Below, one piece after another: positions 21,003 to 30,708 of a stretch of 37,649 nt of DNA. The stretch spans positions 1 to 37,649 of the forward strand of contig LT649323.1 of the NCBI GenBank assembly GCA_900128395.1, given 5' to 3'. The notes beneath the pieces are model-generated. The model was given only the letters and a program-made list of their open reading frames with translations, had not been told where the DNA came from and did no database searches. Position 1 is the stretch's first letter. Every line of letters begins with the position of its first letter. The position numbers were made by a program, and so were the translations under genes. This stretch comes from Stramenopiles sp. TOSAG23-2. Taxonomy: Eukaryota.

Positions 21003-22760
21003 TCATATCTTAAAAATTGATTTATTGTTTTTATGATAAAAGTCTCCATACTTCAAAATATATTCAGGTATGTATTTCTCATATCGTTTCCATCTTCCTA
21101 TGAATTTACTAGTTAAACCTTGTTTTACTTGTAATGAGCTTACTGTATGGGTAAACTTTTTATTTAAGTAAAACTTTAACATGGATTCTTCAAATTCAAT
21201 TGTTTCATCATCATTATCATTTTGTTGTATATTTTGATGTACAAATAGCTTATCTAATGTCCGCCTTGGATCCTCTATTAGTTTCTCGTATGAAATATCA
21301 AGCATATGAATTCCAAGACGCTTCCAAGTAGACATTGTTTCAACGTATTGCTTGTAATATTCCTCAATATAATTTGATTTTAATGACCACACCATACCAT
21401 TACTGCGAAAATCATTTAAGAAAATACTTATAAATACATCACGAGGATCTCTCATTATATGAATAATCGTTGATTTTGGAAACATAGCAGTAATAAATGG
21501 GATGTAGCGAATGTTTTGTGGTGTTTTATCAGTTAAATATGATATCTTTATATCCTCGCAAATATTACCATCCTCTTTTAATGATGTCGCTTTGATGTAA
21601 TCTTGAAGTTTAACATTAAAATCATCATGCAATTTCGCCAAATGTGGTTTATCAACGAATGATGGTGTATAATTATTTTTCTTTGTCACTGCTATGGTTG
21701 GTGCTACTTCACTTATTAATCCACTTTCACCTAAACATTTTATTTTTGAATGTGAGCACAATATTTTTTCCAGTAAACTTGTACCAGAACGTGGCATTCC
21801 AATAATGAAAATCATTTTCTTATCTAAACATGGAGTATTGCTTTGATTGATTCCTGGAACTGGATTAAAATTGGTATAGTTGAATATATGTTTATTATTG
21901 TATATCACACGTACAGCTGATAAATAAAAAAAGATTTCCTTTAAAATAGATGGCGGGACAATTCCATCTTCATCCTCTAAATTAGAAATTTTACGTAAAG
22001 CATGTTTTGAATTTCCATTTCGTTTTTCTTTTTCGATAATTTGTAATAATTTCATTCTGTTTGCTTTGTCACTGAGATTAAATGCTATTTTTTCATTATC
22101 AATACGCATTGTAGCTTTGTCGTAATATTCTGCTAGATTATATAACACAAATGGTGATAGTTTAGTCGTAATGTTTTTTTTGGCATTTTGTTGTAATTCC
22201 ATTGAATCTTCTAATAATATTGAATTCATTTTATCATTACAAATTTCAATCTTTTGTTTATCATAAAACTTGGAGCAATATTCAGTCCAAATATCTTCGT
22301 ATGAAGGAATTGTGAATAATGTATAATTGTTTATATTATTTTCCATATATATATCTTGATTTTGTTCTATTTCTATTAATATTTTTAGTGCATCTTCATG
22401 CTTTCCTTGTTGATTCAAAATCCAAACATATGCAAATAGATATTTTTCTCGATTTATATTTATTGCTTTTAATATAAATTTTTCTGCTAATGAAGGATTT
22501 TTTTTTGAATAATTAAATGATATCACAGCTAATATATACAATGGATCGCTCATGAATGGACATACATTAATACAATTTTTCAAATCTATTTCAATTGATA
22601 ATATTGTATCTGGAGATGCATTCGGTGATTCTATGAATTTCAAACGCACATCATCAATCGTTTGTTTAACCAATATTTGACATTCATGATAAATATTCGC
22701 ATTTGTCAATAATAGTACATTACAAAGTAATAATATCATAATGATGGTCCGTATTATCAT
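21003..22760 (-). CDS. Secreted or membrane-anchored PAPS-dependent sulfotransferase with an N-terminal TPR-like region (Sulfotransfer_3-like)
   Basis: 5'-PSB loop IFIIGMPRSGTSLLEKIL, DKTPQN, 3'-PB IIHIMRDPRDVFIS, ISYEKLIEDP and TVSSLQVKQ...IGRWKRY. The first ATG is at 22760 (the track used a GTG at 22787) and is followed by a hydrophobic signal. Confidence 0.9.
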   Translation of the reverse strand: MIIRTIIMILLLCNVLLLTNANIYHECQILVKQTIDDVRLKFIESPNASPDTILSIEIDLKNCINVCPFMSDPLYILAVISFNYSKKNPSLAEKFILKAININREKYLFAYVWILNQQGKHEDALKILIEIEQNQDIYMENNINNYTLFTIPSYEDIWTEYCSKFYDKQKIEICNDKMNSILLEDSMELQQNAKKNITTKLSPFVLYNLAEYYDKATMRIDNEKIAFNLSDKANRMKLLQIIEKEKRNGNSKHALRKISNLEDEDGIVPPSILKEIFFYLSAVRVIYNNKHIFNYTNFNPVPGINQSNTPCLDKKMIFIIGMPRSGTSLLEKILCSHSKIKCLGESGLISEVAPTIAVTKKNNYTPSFVDKPHLAKLHDDFNVKLQDYIKATSLKEDGNICEDIKISYLTDKTPQNIRYIPFITAMFPKSTIIHIMRDPRDVFISIFLNDFRSNGMVWSLKSNYIEEYYKQYVETMSTWKRLGIHMLDISYEKLIEDPRRTLDKLFVHQNIQQNDNDDETIEFEESMLKFYLNKKFTHTVSSLQVKQGLTSKFIGRWKRYEKYIPEYILKYGDFYHKNNKSIFKI

Positions 22761-23489
22761 TTTTAGATACAGTATATATATATCCACACTAACACAGTCG
22801 CTGTGTATTATATTATCTACTATGATGAGGGGAAATTGAATAATAGCATTGCTTCTTTAATGTCCGTGTCGATTTACAATTGTATTTGTTTTCCACCTGT
22901 TAATTTCGTCATATATATTATATGAATTACATACAGTATTTTTTTTCTATATTTTTATAGATTATTAATTTGTTGTTTTGTTACAATAACTACATGACAC
23001 ATTATTATGAAAACCACTGCCAAGTTATTTGAAATACTAAAAATATCCGATTTTTTGGTGATATCCAATACCTCTCTATCAAATATACATAAATTAGTAT
23101 ACTAAATTAGTACTTAAATTAAACCCGGTTTTGAAATCCACTAATAATCCTTCTCATTTACAAGGTTACATTATAACATTATAAGGCTTTATAATATTCT
23201 CAAAAAATGTGTTTATACTTTTCTAGAAAGAATTACAGTACCTGTGTACCTGCTGTGTGTGAGGCAATAATTTTTTTTCTTCAATATCGAAATCGTCATT
23301 ATAGGTGCTTATTAGGCCCTATAACCAGCTAAACTGCTGCTGCTAAATATAAAAACTCCTTTATTATTATTTCTATTATTATAATTTATATAGATGTGAT
23401 GTACAAATGTGTACAAATATACATATCCAAATGGAAATAGAAAAGAACAAAACAATAAAACAATATATTTTCCCATTAAACTGTATATA

Positions 23490-23812
23490 AATACAATTCT
23501 ATCCCCCTGATGATTATTATCGACAATCAAACGGGTTGGGTTTAATGCTGCAGATAACGCAAGCAAAATTGCACTACTTCCAGAATTTACCATAACTGAA
23601 TAGTTTGAATGAATATATTGTGAAAATTCTTCTTGAAATTCTTTCACGACTGGTCCATATGTAATTCTACCACCATTAATTACATCAATCATTGCTTTTT
23701 TCTCCTCTTCCCCTATCCTATTATTAGAAACCATGGTATATTTCTTCGCACCATTGGAAGTATAATTATCATCATTCATTTCATATGCATTTTCAATTAC
23801 AATAGATGACAT
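23490..23812 (-). pseudogene. N-terminal fragment of a DegT/DnrJ/EryC1/StrS-family PLP enzyme (ColD/RfbH-like sugar 3-dehydratase or aminotransferase)
   Basis: EEEKKAMIDVINGGRITYGPVVKEFQEEFSQY...SVMVNSGSSAILLAL...GDRIV matches the start of the family. Similarity ends after ~107 aa, and I found no continuation between 22800 and 23490. Confidence 0.78.
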
Positions 23813-24392
23813 CTTTATATATATATATATATTGTCTTTCTCGTATTCTTAAAAATCAATCTAAGAAGACTATATACAGTGTAATATATGTCATACATAA
23901 CATACAAGCGATGGTACATATAATATATATTTTAGGGATATACCATACGCTGATGGTATGTCCATCGTAAAATTTTGGAATATCTCAACTTTTGGTACAG
24001 CTGATTTGATGGACGACAGCAGTGGTGTGACATGCTAATTTTATGTTTAATAAATACTGTACCATTATTATTTCATTTTACGATCTGTTATAATTCATCC
24101 CTTTTCAATACTGAATAGTGTTAATTTGGATGTGACCAAGGATCGTAGAAATTATTGATACACTCTGTATGGATACCATATATTTATAAACATTTCCCCT
24201 ACATTAGTTGTTACGTCACAAGGGTCCTCATTTTAAGGATTATTAACATAAAGTGGTTTAAATTGTTTCTAGTATAAATAGTAATACTGTTAAAGTATTA
24301 AACTTGACCTATCTATATGACTAGTGGAGGTAGAGAGAGACGTACTAATTGGGAGTCTGTAACTTTAATTCGGATATACCTTAATATTACAT

Positions 24393-24637
24393 GGACACAG
24401 CAGGGTCTACGAATTGGATATTTCGATTTCTCTCAGGTACACAGCAGGCGATATTTCTCCAAATTTTCCCAGGTACACAGCAGGCGATATTTCTCCGTTT
24501 TTTCCCAGGTACACAGCAGGCGATATTTCTGCGTTTTTTCCCTGGTACACAGCAGGCGATATTTCTCCGAATTTACCCAGGTACACAGCAGGTGTTATAT
24601 GTCACAAATCACCATAAAATAGTAGGTATACAGCAGG
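24393..24637. repeat. 36-bp tandem array with core CAGGTACACAGCAGGCGATATTTCT
   Basis: Units start at 24434, 24470, 24506, 24542 and 24578, with degenerate cores at ~24393 and ~24624. An inverted core lies at 23241-23258 (cctgtgtacctgctgtgt). Confidence 0.93.
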
Positions 24638-25032
24638 TCTTAAAATTGAAAAATGTCACATAGGGTGAAATGTTAAAACCAACAGTATAAAAAAGGAATT
24701 ATAGTACAACAATGGTAGCCTTCCGCTATTTACGATTTTAGCACTCATTTCTAAATATTAGTGAAATTTGTGCTAAGTTAAAGTATTTATTGACTTTACA
24801 AACATTGCCAGGATTTAGATTGCCAGATTGCTGCAAATATACAAAAAAAATCACCTCATCCTAACTCACACCCTTAAAAAACAAATGTAGGGCCCTCGCC
24901 GTACGGCATTTTTTTATGTATATATTCGTATATATATGTACATACTGTATTGAATGGAGGAGATAGGCTAATGTATTGGGGAATATATATATAAGAGTTA
25001 CATCAATTTATGAACTATATATTGTTATCAAT

Positions 25033-26241
25033 ATGATGAAAGATCAAGTTCAATGGCTATTGAGAATGTTCATATATTTTACTATTGTTTTTATAACAAT
25101 AATAATACATGGATCGTTTGCAATGGATAATAATAATAATAAAAAACAAGCTTTGAATTTTGAACATCCACAAGAAATCAATGCAAATTCCTGTATACAA
25201 ACAATTATATTTACAAAAGACAGAGCTGCACAGCTTCATTTATTATTTCGTGGAATGGATAAATATTACCCAGAATGGCAAGTAAATCAAGTAACGATAT
25301 TAGTTGCTGCTTCTACACCAGAATATAGAAATGGTTACATGTTATTACAACGAATGAGAAAGAATATAAATTTTTATTGGCAACAAGATGGAAATGCAGA
25401 TAAGGAATCGATACAAGTTTCATTAAAACGAATTATGCGTTCTAGTAGTTGCGAACTTTTGCATTTACAATGTGATGATTTCTTCTTTATAAATAGTGTC
25501 ACCAATGAAGAAATAATTGGCAGATTTGTAAAATATGGACATAAATTACAATCAATCGTTTTCAGTAGCCATCAAGATATCAAAGTTGGAATATACAACA
25601 TTCGTCATGATGCTCCAAAATCTGTTTATAATGAAGGTATTTGGGAATTGAGAAAGTCACCACATGAATGGGGATTTCATGGAGAAATGGCAAGTGCAAT
25701 ATGGAGAAGATTAGATGTATTGCAAATTATATCAAGCAGTAAATTCTCAACTCCAAATTGGTTTGAACAAGTACTTCATTATTATTCAGTAGCATATCGA
25801 AAACAGTTTGTAGATGTAAATCCAGAAAAAGAATTTAGAATATACAATGCAATTGTTAATCCTAACAGTGGTGAGAAAAATCCAATTGTCATACATACCG
25901 ATATGAATAGTGCAAAAGCAAATGATGGTGTTGATATTGATGCAACAGGTGAAGGTAATACATTTCGCAGTTTACATTATAATGAAAATATTTCCACACA
26001 TGCATTGAATTCTAATTTTATATATAATGGTATTGTACCAATATTAAATGTTGACAAATGTGATCTTCAATATTCCTTTTGTCATGGAAGTCATGCTATA
26101 TCGTTTGAAACATTAAATCCAAAAGAAAATGAGATACGATTAACTTTATTTCGATATCATGATACGGATGATTTCGATCATGAACATGAAACATATCGAC
26201 AAAATGTCTTTCGAGTTGAATATAAAAACAATGATGTGTAG
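25033..26241 (+). CDS. Signal-anchored glycosyltransferase-like protein (GT-A-like)
   Basis: The first ATG is at 25033 (the track used a TTG) and is followed by a hydrophobic anchor. IIFTKDRAAQLHLLF, CDDFFF (DxD-like), WGF...MAS.IWR and TPNWFE resemble bacterial and viral IIFSKDR.QL-type GT-like proteins. Confidence 0.65.
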   Translation: MMKDQVQWLLRMFIYFTIVFITIIIHGSFAMDNNNNKKQALNFEHPQEINANSCIQTIIFTKDRAAQLHLLFRGMDKYYPEWQVNQVTILVAASTPEYRNGYMLLQRMRKNINFYWQQDGNADKESIQVSLKRIMRSSSCELLHLQCDDFFFINSVTNEEIIGRFVKYGHKLQSIVFSSHQDIKVGIYNIRHDAPKSVYNEGIWELRKSPHEWGFHGEMASAIWRRLDVLQIISSSKFSTPNWFEQVLHYYSVAYRKQFVDVNPEKEFRIYNAIVNPNSGEKNPIVIHTDMNSAKANDGVDIDATGEGNTFRSLHYNENISTHALNSNFIYNGIVPILNVDKCDLQYSFCHGSHAISFETLNPKENEIRLTLFRYHDTDDFDHEHETYRQNVFRVEYKNNDV

Positions 26242-26452
26242 TGGGTGCTATTATATCTTACAAATATAATATTTGCATGTTTGGTGCATTTTTGGCTTGT
26301 GGGGCAGAGTTTGATGTCAGAATGTTGGAAAACATATATAAAAAAATCTGAAAATAATTGCACAATTTCAACAATTTCCAGATTTAAGTTTATTATTTTA
26401 AGGCTATTTTTAAATGTTTACGATTATTTTCCTATGATCGTACCAGGTATTA

Positions 26453-26529
26453 GTCCTGTGGCACTCTCTGTCTGATGTTGTCTGATACTGTATTGTACTA
26501 TTTATCAATACTCAATAATACTACTACTA
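26453..26529 (+). repeat. Dispersed direct repeat, copy 1 (partner at 28966-29049)
   Basis: gtcctgtggcactct(ct)gtctgatgttgtctgatactgtattg...tatcaatactcaata...ctactacta. Confidence 0.92.
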
Positions 26530-26584
26530 CTGTGTTCATGTATTTCTTATTTACATGGCCTTCCAAGGACCAAAGTACGTATGG

Positions 26585-28627
26585 TCATTCTTCTTTCTTG
26601 TTCTTGTTGTTTGCTGGTGTAAATAAAACATCTAAATATCCTTTTAAAATGTTGCCAACGACAGAACGATCAGGTACAATGGCAGCTTGTCTATAAATAC
26701 CTGGCATTAATGGTTTTATGTTTTTTTGGCTATCCCCACTAACGTATTTGTGGAAAATAGAATCGTTTAAATAGTAAACACATATACACAAAACAGCTGT
26801 TAGTGTCATGACCAATACCGGATGTACGACATTAAAGTGGATTACCAATATTTTTTGTATAGTTGCACCAAAATAAAACAACATTTTTGAGCTTTTAAAC
26901 ACCGCGTTGTTGTAGCTTCTTCCTATATTAGATAATAACAAGCTTTGAGATAAACAGAATATGAGGACACACAAAAATGGAGGATAGAACAATTCGAATA
27001 ATTGACTTTCACGAAAAATCCATGGAACCATGATCAAAGGAGTAAATGACAAATACCATACTAAGTTAGCAGTACATTGCACATTCACATTTTTCATTAC
27101 ATATCTACATATCCCACCAAGTATAAAATCAGTGTACAAAGCAAACCTTCGATGATGGCCAGCCATATCATCCCAACCACCCTCTTTACTATTTAACACG
27201 CTGTTACTAATTTGAGTTGCTCGCATTGCATAAAACATGGTGTATAATGTAATAAGAAATTGCAATTTCGCTCTTCTATTATCACCAGAGAAAATGTCGA
27301 CGATACACAGTAAAAAATAACAGAAAACATGATGTGGGATTGTCCAAAGCGACTCATTAATGGCATTGCCGGGATGAAATACATTTTCGATACTTGCTTT
27401 TGGTGGCAACAACGTAGTTGGCAGCAATGCAAACATTGCATGTTCAACAGATGATAATATGTACTGTAAAAAGCCACGCTGGAACGCTATATCGTCTCTA
27501 CACATGGCCCACCCACGTTCCGAGCAGGCCGCGATAGAAGCGACAACGGAGCACACAACAACTGCAAGGAAATACTGAGACAATAGACGATCACAACGCC
27601 GTGCACATGTTCGTAAGCTAGCACAACATGTATCCCAACGAAGGCCAACACGCTTCTTGTTACCAATCAAGATAGATGGTGTCGCACATAAGAATCCGCT
27701 GATACACATATGACAGGTTAAGCATATGTTCCCAAGACTATGAAACTCTTTCCGGTCCCCAAAGTGTTTTCTTACAGGTTCCATGTGAATTTGCCCAGTA
27801 AAAACAAACGAATGAGAAAATACCAAGAAAAGCGATGCTATCCATTTAATCTTATCTATGCAATAAAATAATGATTCCGCTTGCTGCATTTTTTGGCTTG
27901 TTTTTCTTTCCGCCATGGGAACCTCATCGTGTTCCTCGGATGATAGTAACAACGTATTGTAAAGTCCATGTTGTATTAGAGCAAACGCTGCACCACATAT
28001 AAGTATTTTAAAACTGAGCAAACGTTCTCCTAAAACTTTTTTATAATTTTTGATGTGCTGTGTAATCATTGTTTTACTTTTCTCAAAATTTATATCATTC
28101 AACCCATTTACACCCATAAATATTCTAATGTCTTGATCTGGATTATCTAGATTATCGATTGTAAAAATTTTGCCGGTTCCTGTTGGGTGCAATCGAATGA
28201 AACACCATGAAAAGTTAGAACGGATACTCCAGGATAAATATTCTAAAAAACCACGCATGGTGAAACATTGATGTTTCCGTGTTTCATGCTTCAACGCATG
28301 GTTCAGTTTATCTATAACATGATCAGAAATAATTTGTATACAATTTTTATCCCCGCTACATGTGGAAGACATTGCATTGTGGACATCGCTTACGTTAATC
28401 AACCCTCTATTTTGTTTATCCACTTTATGAAAATACATTTGACTAATGCTTTCCCCGCGGTAGATTTTATAGGAAATTCCAATACGCTGCACTTGACTAG
28501 TTTTGTTTGTGTACATTTTGTACACTTCCCCATTAGAAAGGTATGGTGAACATGGACCGCGTACATATGGAAGAAAAATGTACCCTAGAAAAAGGAAAAA
28601 CAAGAATGGGTATTTCTTAAAAAGCAT
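26585..28627 (-). CDS. Acyltransferase-3 (OafA/OatA-like) polytopic O-acyltransferase with an N-terminal EF-hand-like extension
   Basis: IDKIKWIASLFLVFSHSF, SLG...ISGFL, RRCDRLL and AINESLWTIP..VFCY correspond to Acyl_transf_3 motifs, and there are many hydrophobic segments. The N-terminal region has a signal sequence and an EF-hand-like loop FHKVDKQNRGLINVSDV. Confidence 0.78.
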   Translation of the reverse strand: MLFKKYPFLFFLFLGYIFLPYVRGPCSPYLSNGEVYKMYTNKTSQVQRIGISYKIYRGESISQMYFHKVDKQNRGLINVSDVHNAMSSTCSGDKNCIQIISDHVIDKLNHALKHETRKHQCFTMRGFLEYLSWSIRSNFSWCFIRLHPTGTGKIFTIDNLDNPDQDIRIFMGVNGLNDINFEKSKTMITQHIKNYKKVLGERLLSFKILICGAAFALIQHGLYNTLLLSSEEHDEVPMAERKTSQKMQQAESLFYCIDKIKWIASLFLVFSHSFVFTGQIHMEPVRKHFGDRKEFHSLGNICLTCHMCISGFLCATPSILIGNKKRVGLRWDTCCASLRTCARRCDRLLSQYFLAVVVCSVVASIAACSERGWAMCRDDIAFQRGFLQYILSSVEHAMFALLPTTLLPPKASIENVFHPGNAINESLWTIPHHVFCYFLLCIVDIFSGDNRRAKLQFLITLYTMFYAMRATQISNSVLNSKEGGWDDMAGHHRRFALYTDFILGGICRYVMKNVNVQCTANLVWYLSFTPLIMVPWIFRESQLFELFYPPFLCVLIFCLSQSLLLSNIGRSYNNAVFKSSKMLFYFGATIQKILVIHFNVVHPVLVMTLTAVLCICVYYLNDSIFHKYVSGDSQKNIKPLMPGIYRQAAIVPDRSVVGNILKGYLDVLFTPANNKNKKEE

Positions 28628-28965
28628 CGTTTCTTTGTTTTGAAAATGAATGCTAAATTATCTATAATACGAAGCACAACATGTTACTTTCAATTATAAT
28701 TTCAATTTTTAATTAAAACAAAATAATAATAATAATAATTAATTTCAATAAATCTTCTTTTAACTAATTTTATTATTCTAAAATTATACCGGTAAAATAT
28801 TATTATGGCAATTCGAAAACAACAACACGGACTGGGGAGCACCGGAGCACCTCACCAAAAATATTCGGCCTCTAACACATTCAATACATTTCATCAACAA
28901 AAACCCCAAATTCGAGATGATGCCGGATGCCGATGATCCGATCCGATGATGAGCCGCATGAGCAC

Positions 28966-29049
28966 GTCCTGTGGCACTCTGTCTGATGTTGTCTGATACT
29001 GTATTGGTATTATACTATTTATTATTATCAATACTCAATACTACTACTA
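28966..29049 (+). repeat. Dispersed direct repeat, copy 2 (partner at 26453-26529)
   Basis: Same 41-nt core as copy 1 except for a 2-nt indel, followed by a related AT-rich tail. Confidence 0.92.
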
Positions 29050-29283
29050 TTAACTTAAACTATACTATACTGTAAGACACAAAAACATATACCTGAATCC
29101 CGAATATCCAAAAATATCCTTTGCCATAAATTCATTTATAGCTATATGCAACATATTCATATATCAGAAATAATATATATCAATACCTTTCACATCCTGT
29201 CGAAGAAATCAACAACAGATTCATCACAACAACAAAAATAACATATATATATACATATACATACATAATTATATTAACTCATC

Positions 29284-30573
29284 ATGCCAATCTCTACAAA
29301 ATTAACAAAAGCATTAGGAATAAAAGCACCAATTATACAAGGTGGTATGCATTATGTTGGGTACGCCCCATTAGTAGCAGCGGTTGGTGAAGCTGGTGGT
29401 ATTGGTTGTGTAACAGCATTGACACAACCTAGTGCAGAAGCATTACAAAATGAAATACGTCTTGTGAAAAAAATGTCAACAAAACCATTTGGTGTAAATT
29501 TAACATTATTGCCAGCACTAGCACCACCAAATTATAATGAATTTGCTGATGTTGTCGAAGATGAAATGAAGTCTGGACAGTTACGTATGATTGAAACTGC
29601 GGGGCATTTTAAAGGGTTAGAACCATTTGTAAAGCAATTCAAAGATGCTGGTGCATTTGTAATACATAAATGTGTTGCTATACGACATGCAAAAAGTGCT
29701 GAACGATTAGGTGTAGATATGATATCAATGGATGGATTTGATTGTGCTGGACATCCTGGTGAAATGGATATTGGTAATTGGGTGTTATTTGCCAAGGCAG
29801 CACGTGAATTATCAATACCATTTGTAGCATCTGGTGGTTGTGCTGATGGGAAACAATTAGCAGCAGCAATAGCATTAGGTGCTGAAGGTATGAATATGGG
29901 TACACGCTTCATGGCAACAGTCGAAGCACCAATACATGATAATGTGAAACAAGCATTAGTTGATGCAGATGAATTATCAACTACACTTATCATGCGATCA
30001 ATGAGAAATACGGAACGTGTCTTTAACAATAAAGCTGCACAAGAAGTCTTGGAAATTGAAAAAGAAAATCCTGGGGAATTTGATAAAATTCATCATTTAG
30101 TACGTGGTGACAATTATAGAAAAGTGTTTCAAGAAACTGGAAATTTAGACGAAGGTGTTTGGAGTGCTGGTACTGTAATGGGTTTAATTGATAATGTAGT
30201 AACATGTGAAGAATTGATTAACAATATCGTTGATGAAGCGGAAACCATTATTAAAAATCGATTAAATGATAGTGTTATAATTGATAAAGATGGTCCAATT
30301 GTCGCTACACCACGATGGTTATTGGAATATAATTATGTGGAAGATGTTGAAACTGCACGTGAACCACATCGTATGAATCATATATCACTTGTACGTGATA
30401 TGAAAGCAGATGGAAAAATTATTATGGGTGGTGCACACAAGGATATGAAAGGTGCACATATAATATTTAACGATGAAACAAGTTTAGATGAATTTGTGAA
30501 ACAAGATCCATATGTATTAGAAGGTGTTGTTACATCCTTTGAGAAAAAAGAATGGACCGTAGTGGTAGATTAA
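29284..30573 (+). CDS. FMN TIM-barrel oxidoreductase of the nitronate monooxygenase family (PA1024-type NADH:quinone reductase) fused to a C-terminal YciI domain
   Basis: PIIQGGM, ALTQPS, PFGVNLTLLP, IETAG, IHKC, DGFDCAGHPG, ASGG.ADG and MGTRF motifs. From aa ~345 it reads WLLEY...REPHRMNH...GGA...DPYV..GVV...EW, the YciI pattern. Confidence 0.9.
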   Translation: MPISTKLTKALGIKAPIIQGGMHYVGYAPLVAAVGEAGGIGCVTALTQPSAEALQNEIRLVKKMSTKPFGVNLTLLPALAPPNYNEFADVVEDEMKSGQLRMIETAGHFKGLEPFVKQFKDAGAFVIHKCVAIRHAKSAERLGVDMISMDGFDCAGHPGEMDIGNWVLFAKAARELSIPFVASGGCADGKQLAAAIALGAEGMNMGTRFMATVEAPIHDNVKQALVDADELSTTLIMRSMRNTERVFNNKAAQEVLEIEKENPGEFDKIHHLVRGDNYRKVFQETGNLDEGVWSAGTVMGLIDNVVTCEELINNIVDEAETIIKNRLNDSVIIDKDGPIVATPRWLLEYNYVEDVETAREPHRMNHISLVRDMKADGKIIMGGAHKDMKGAHIIFNDETSLDEFVKQDPYVLEGVVTSFEKKEWTVVVD

Positions 30574-30708
30574 AAAAATTATTGATATATCAATATATAA
30601 TATTTTATGATAAAAATTAAAAAATATTACGGAAGAAGTATATCTCTCCCCCCAATTTTTACAAAAATTTGTCTCCACACACACACTGAAAATCTCTTTT
30701 TTATCACA

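Noticed and set aside
24434-24592. CRISPR-like appearance of the 36-bp array
   Set aside because: The variable parts are only ~11 nt and resemble each other, there are no cas genes, and the context is eukaryotic. It is a minisatellite.
24317-24663. Overlapping ORFs with 12-aa repeats in all three frames
   Set aside because: They result from a stop-free 36-bp repeat; nothing indicates coding function.
23315-24894. GGCCCTA...TAGGGCC as alternative TIRs
   Set aside because: Only 7 bp long, and the flanks show no target-site duplication.
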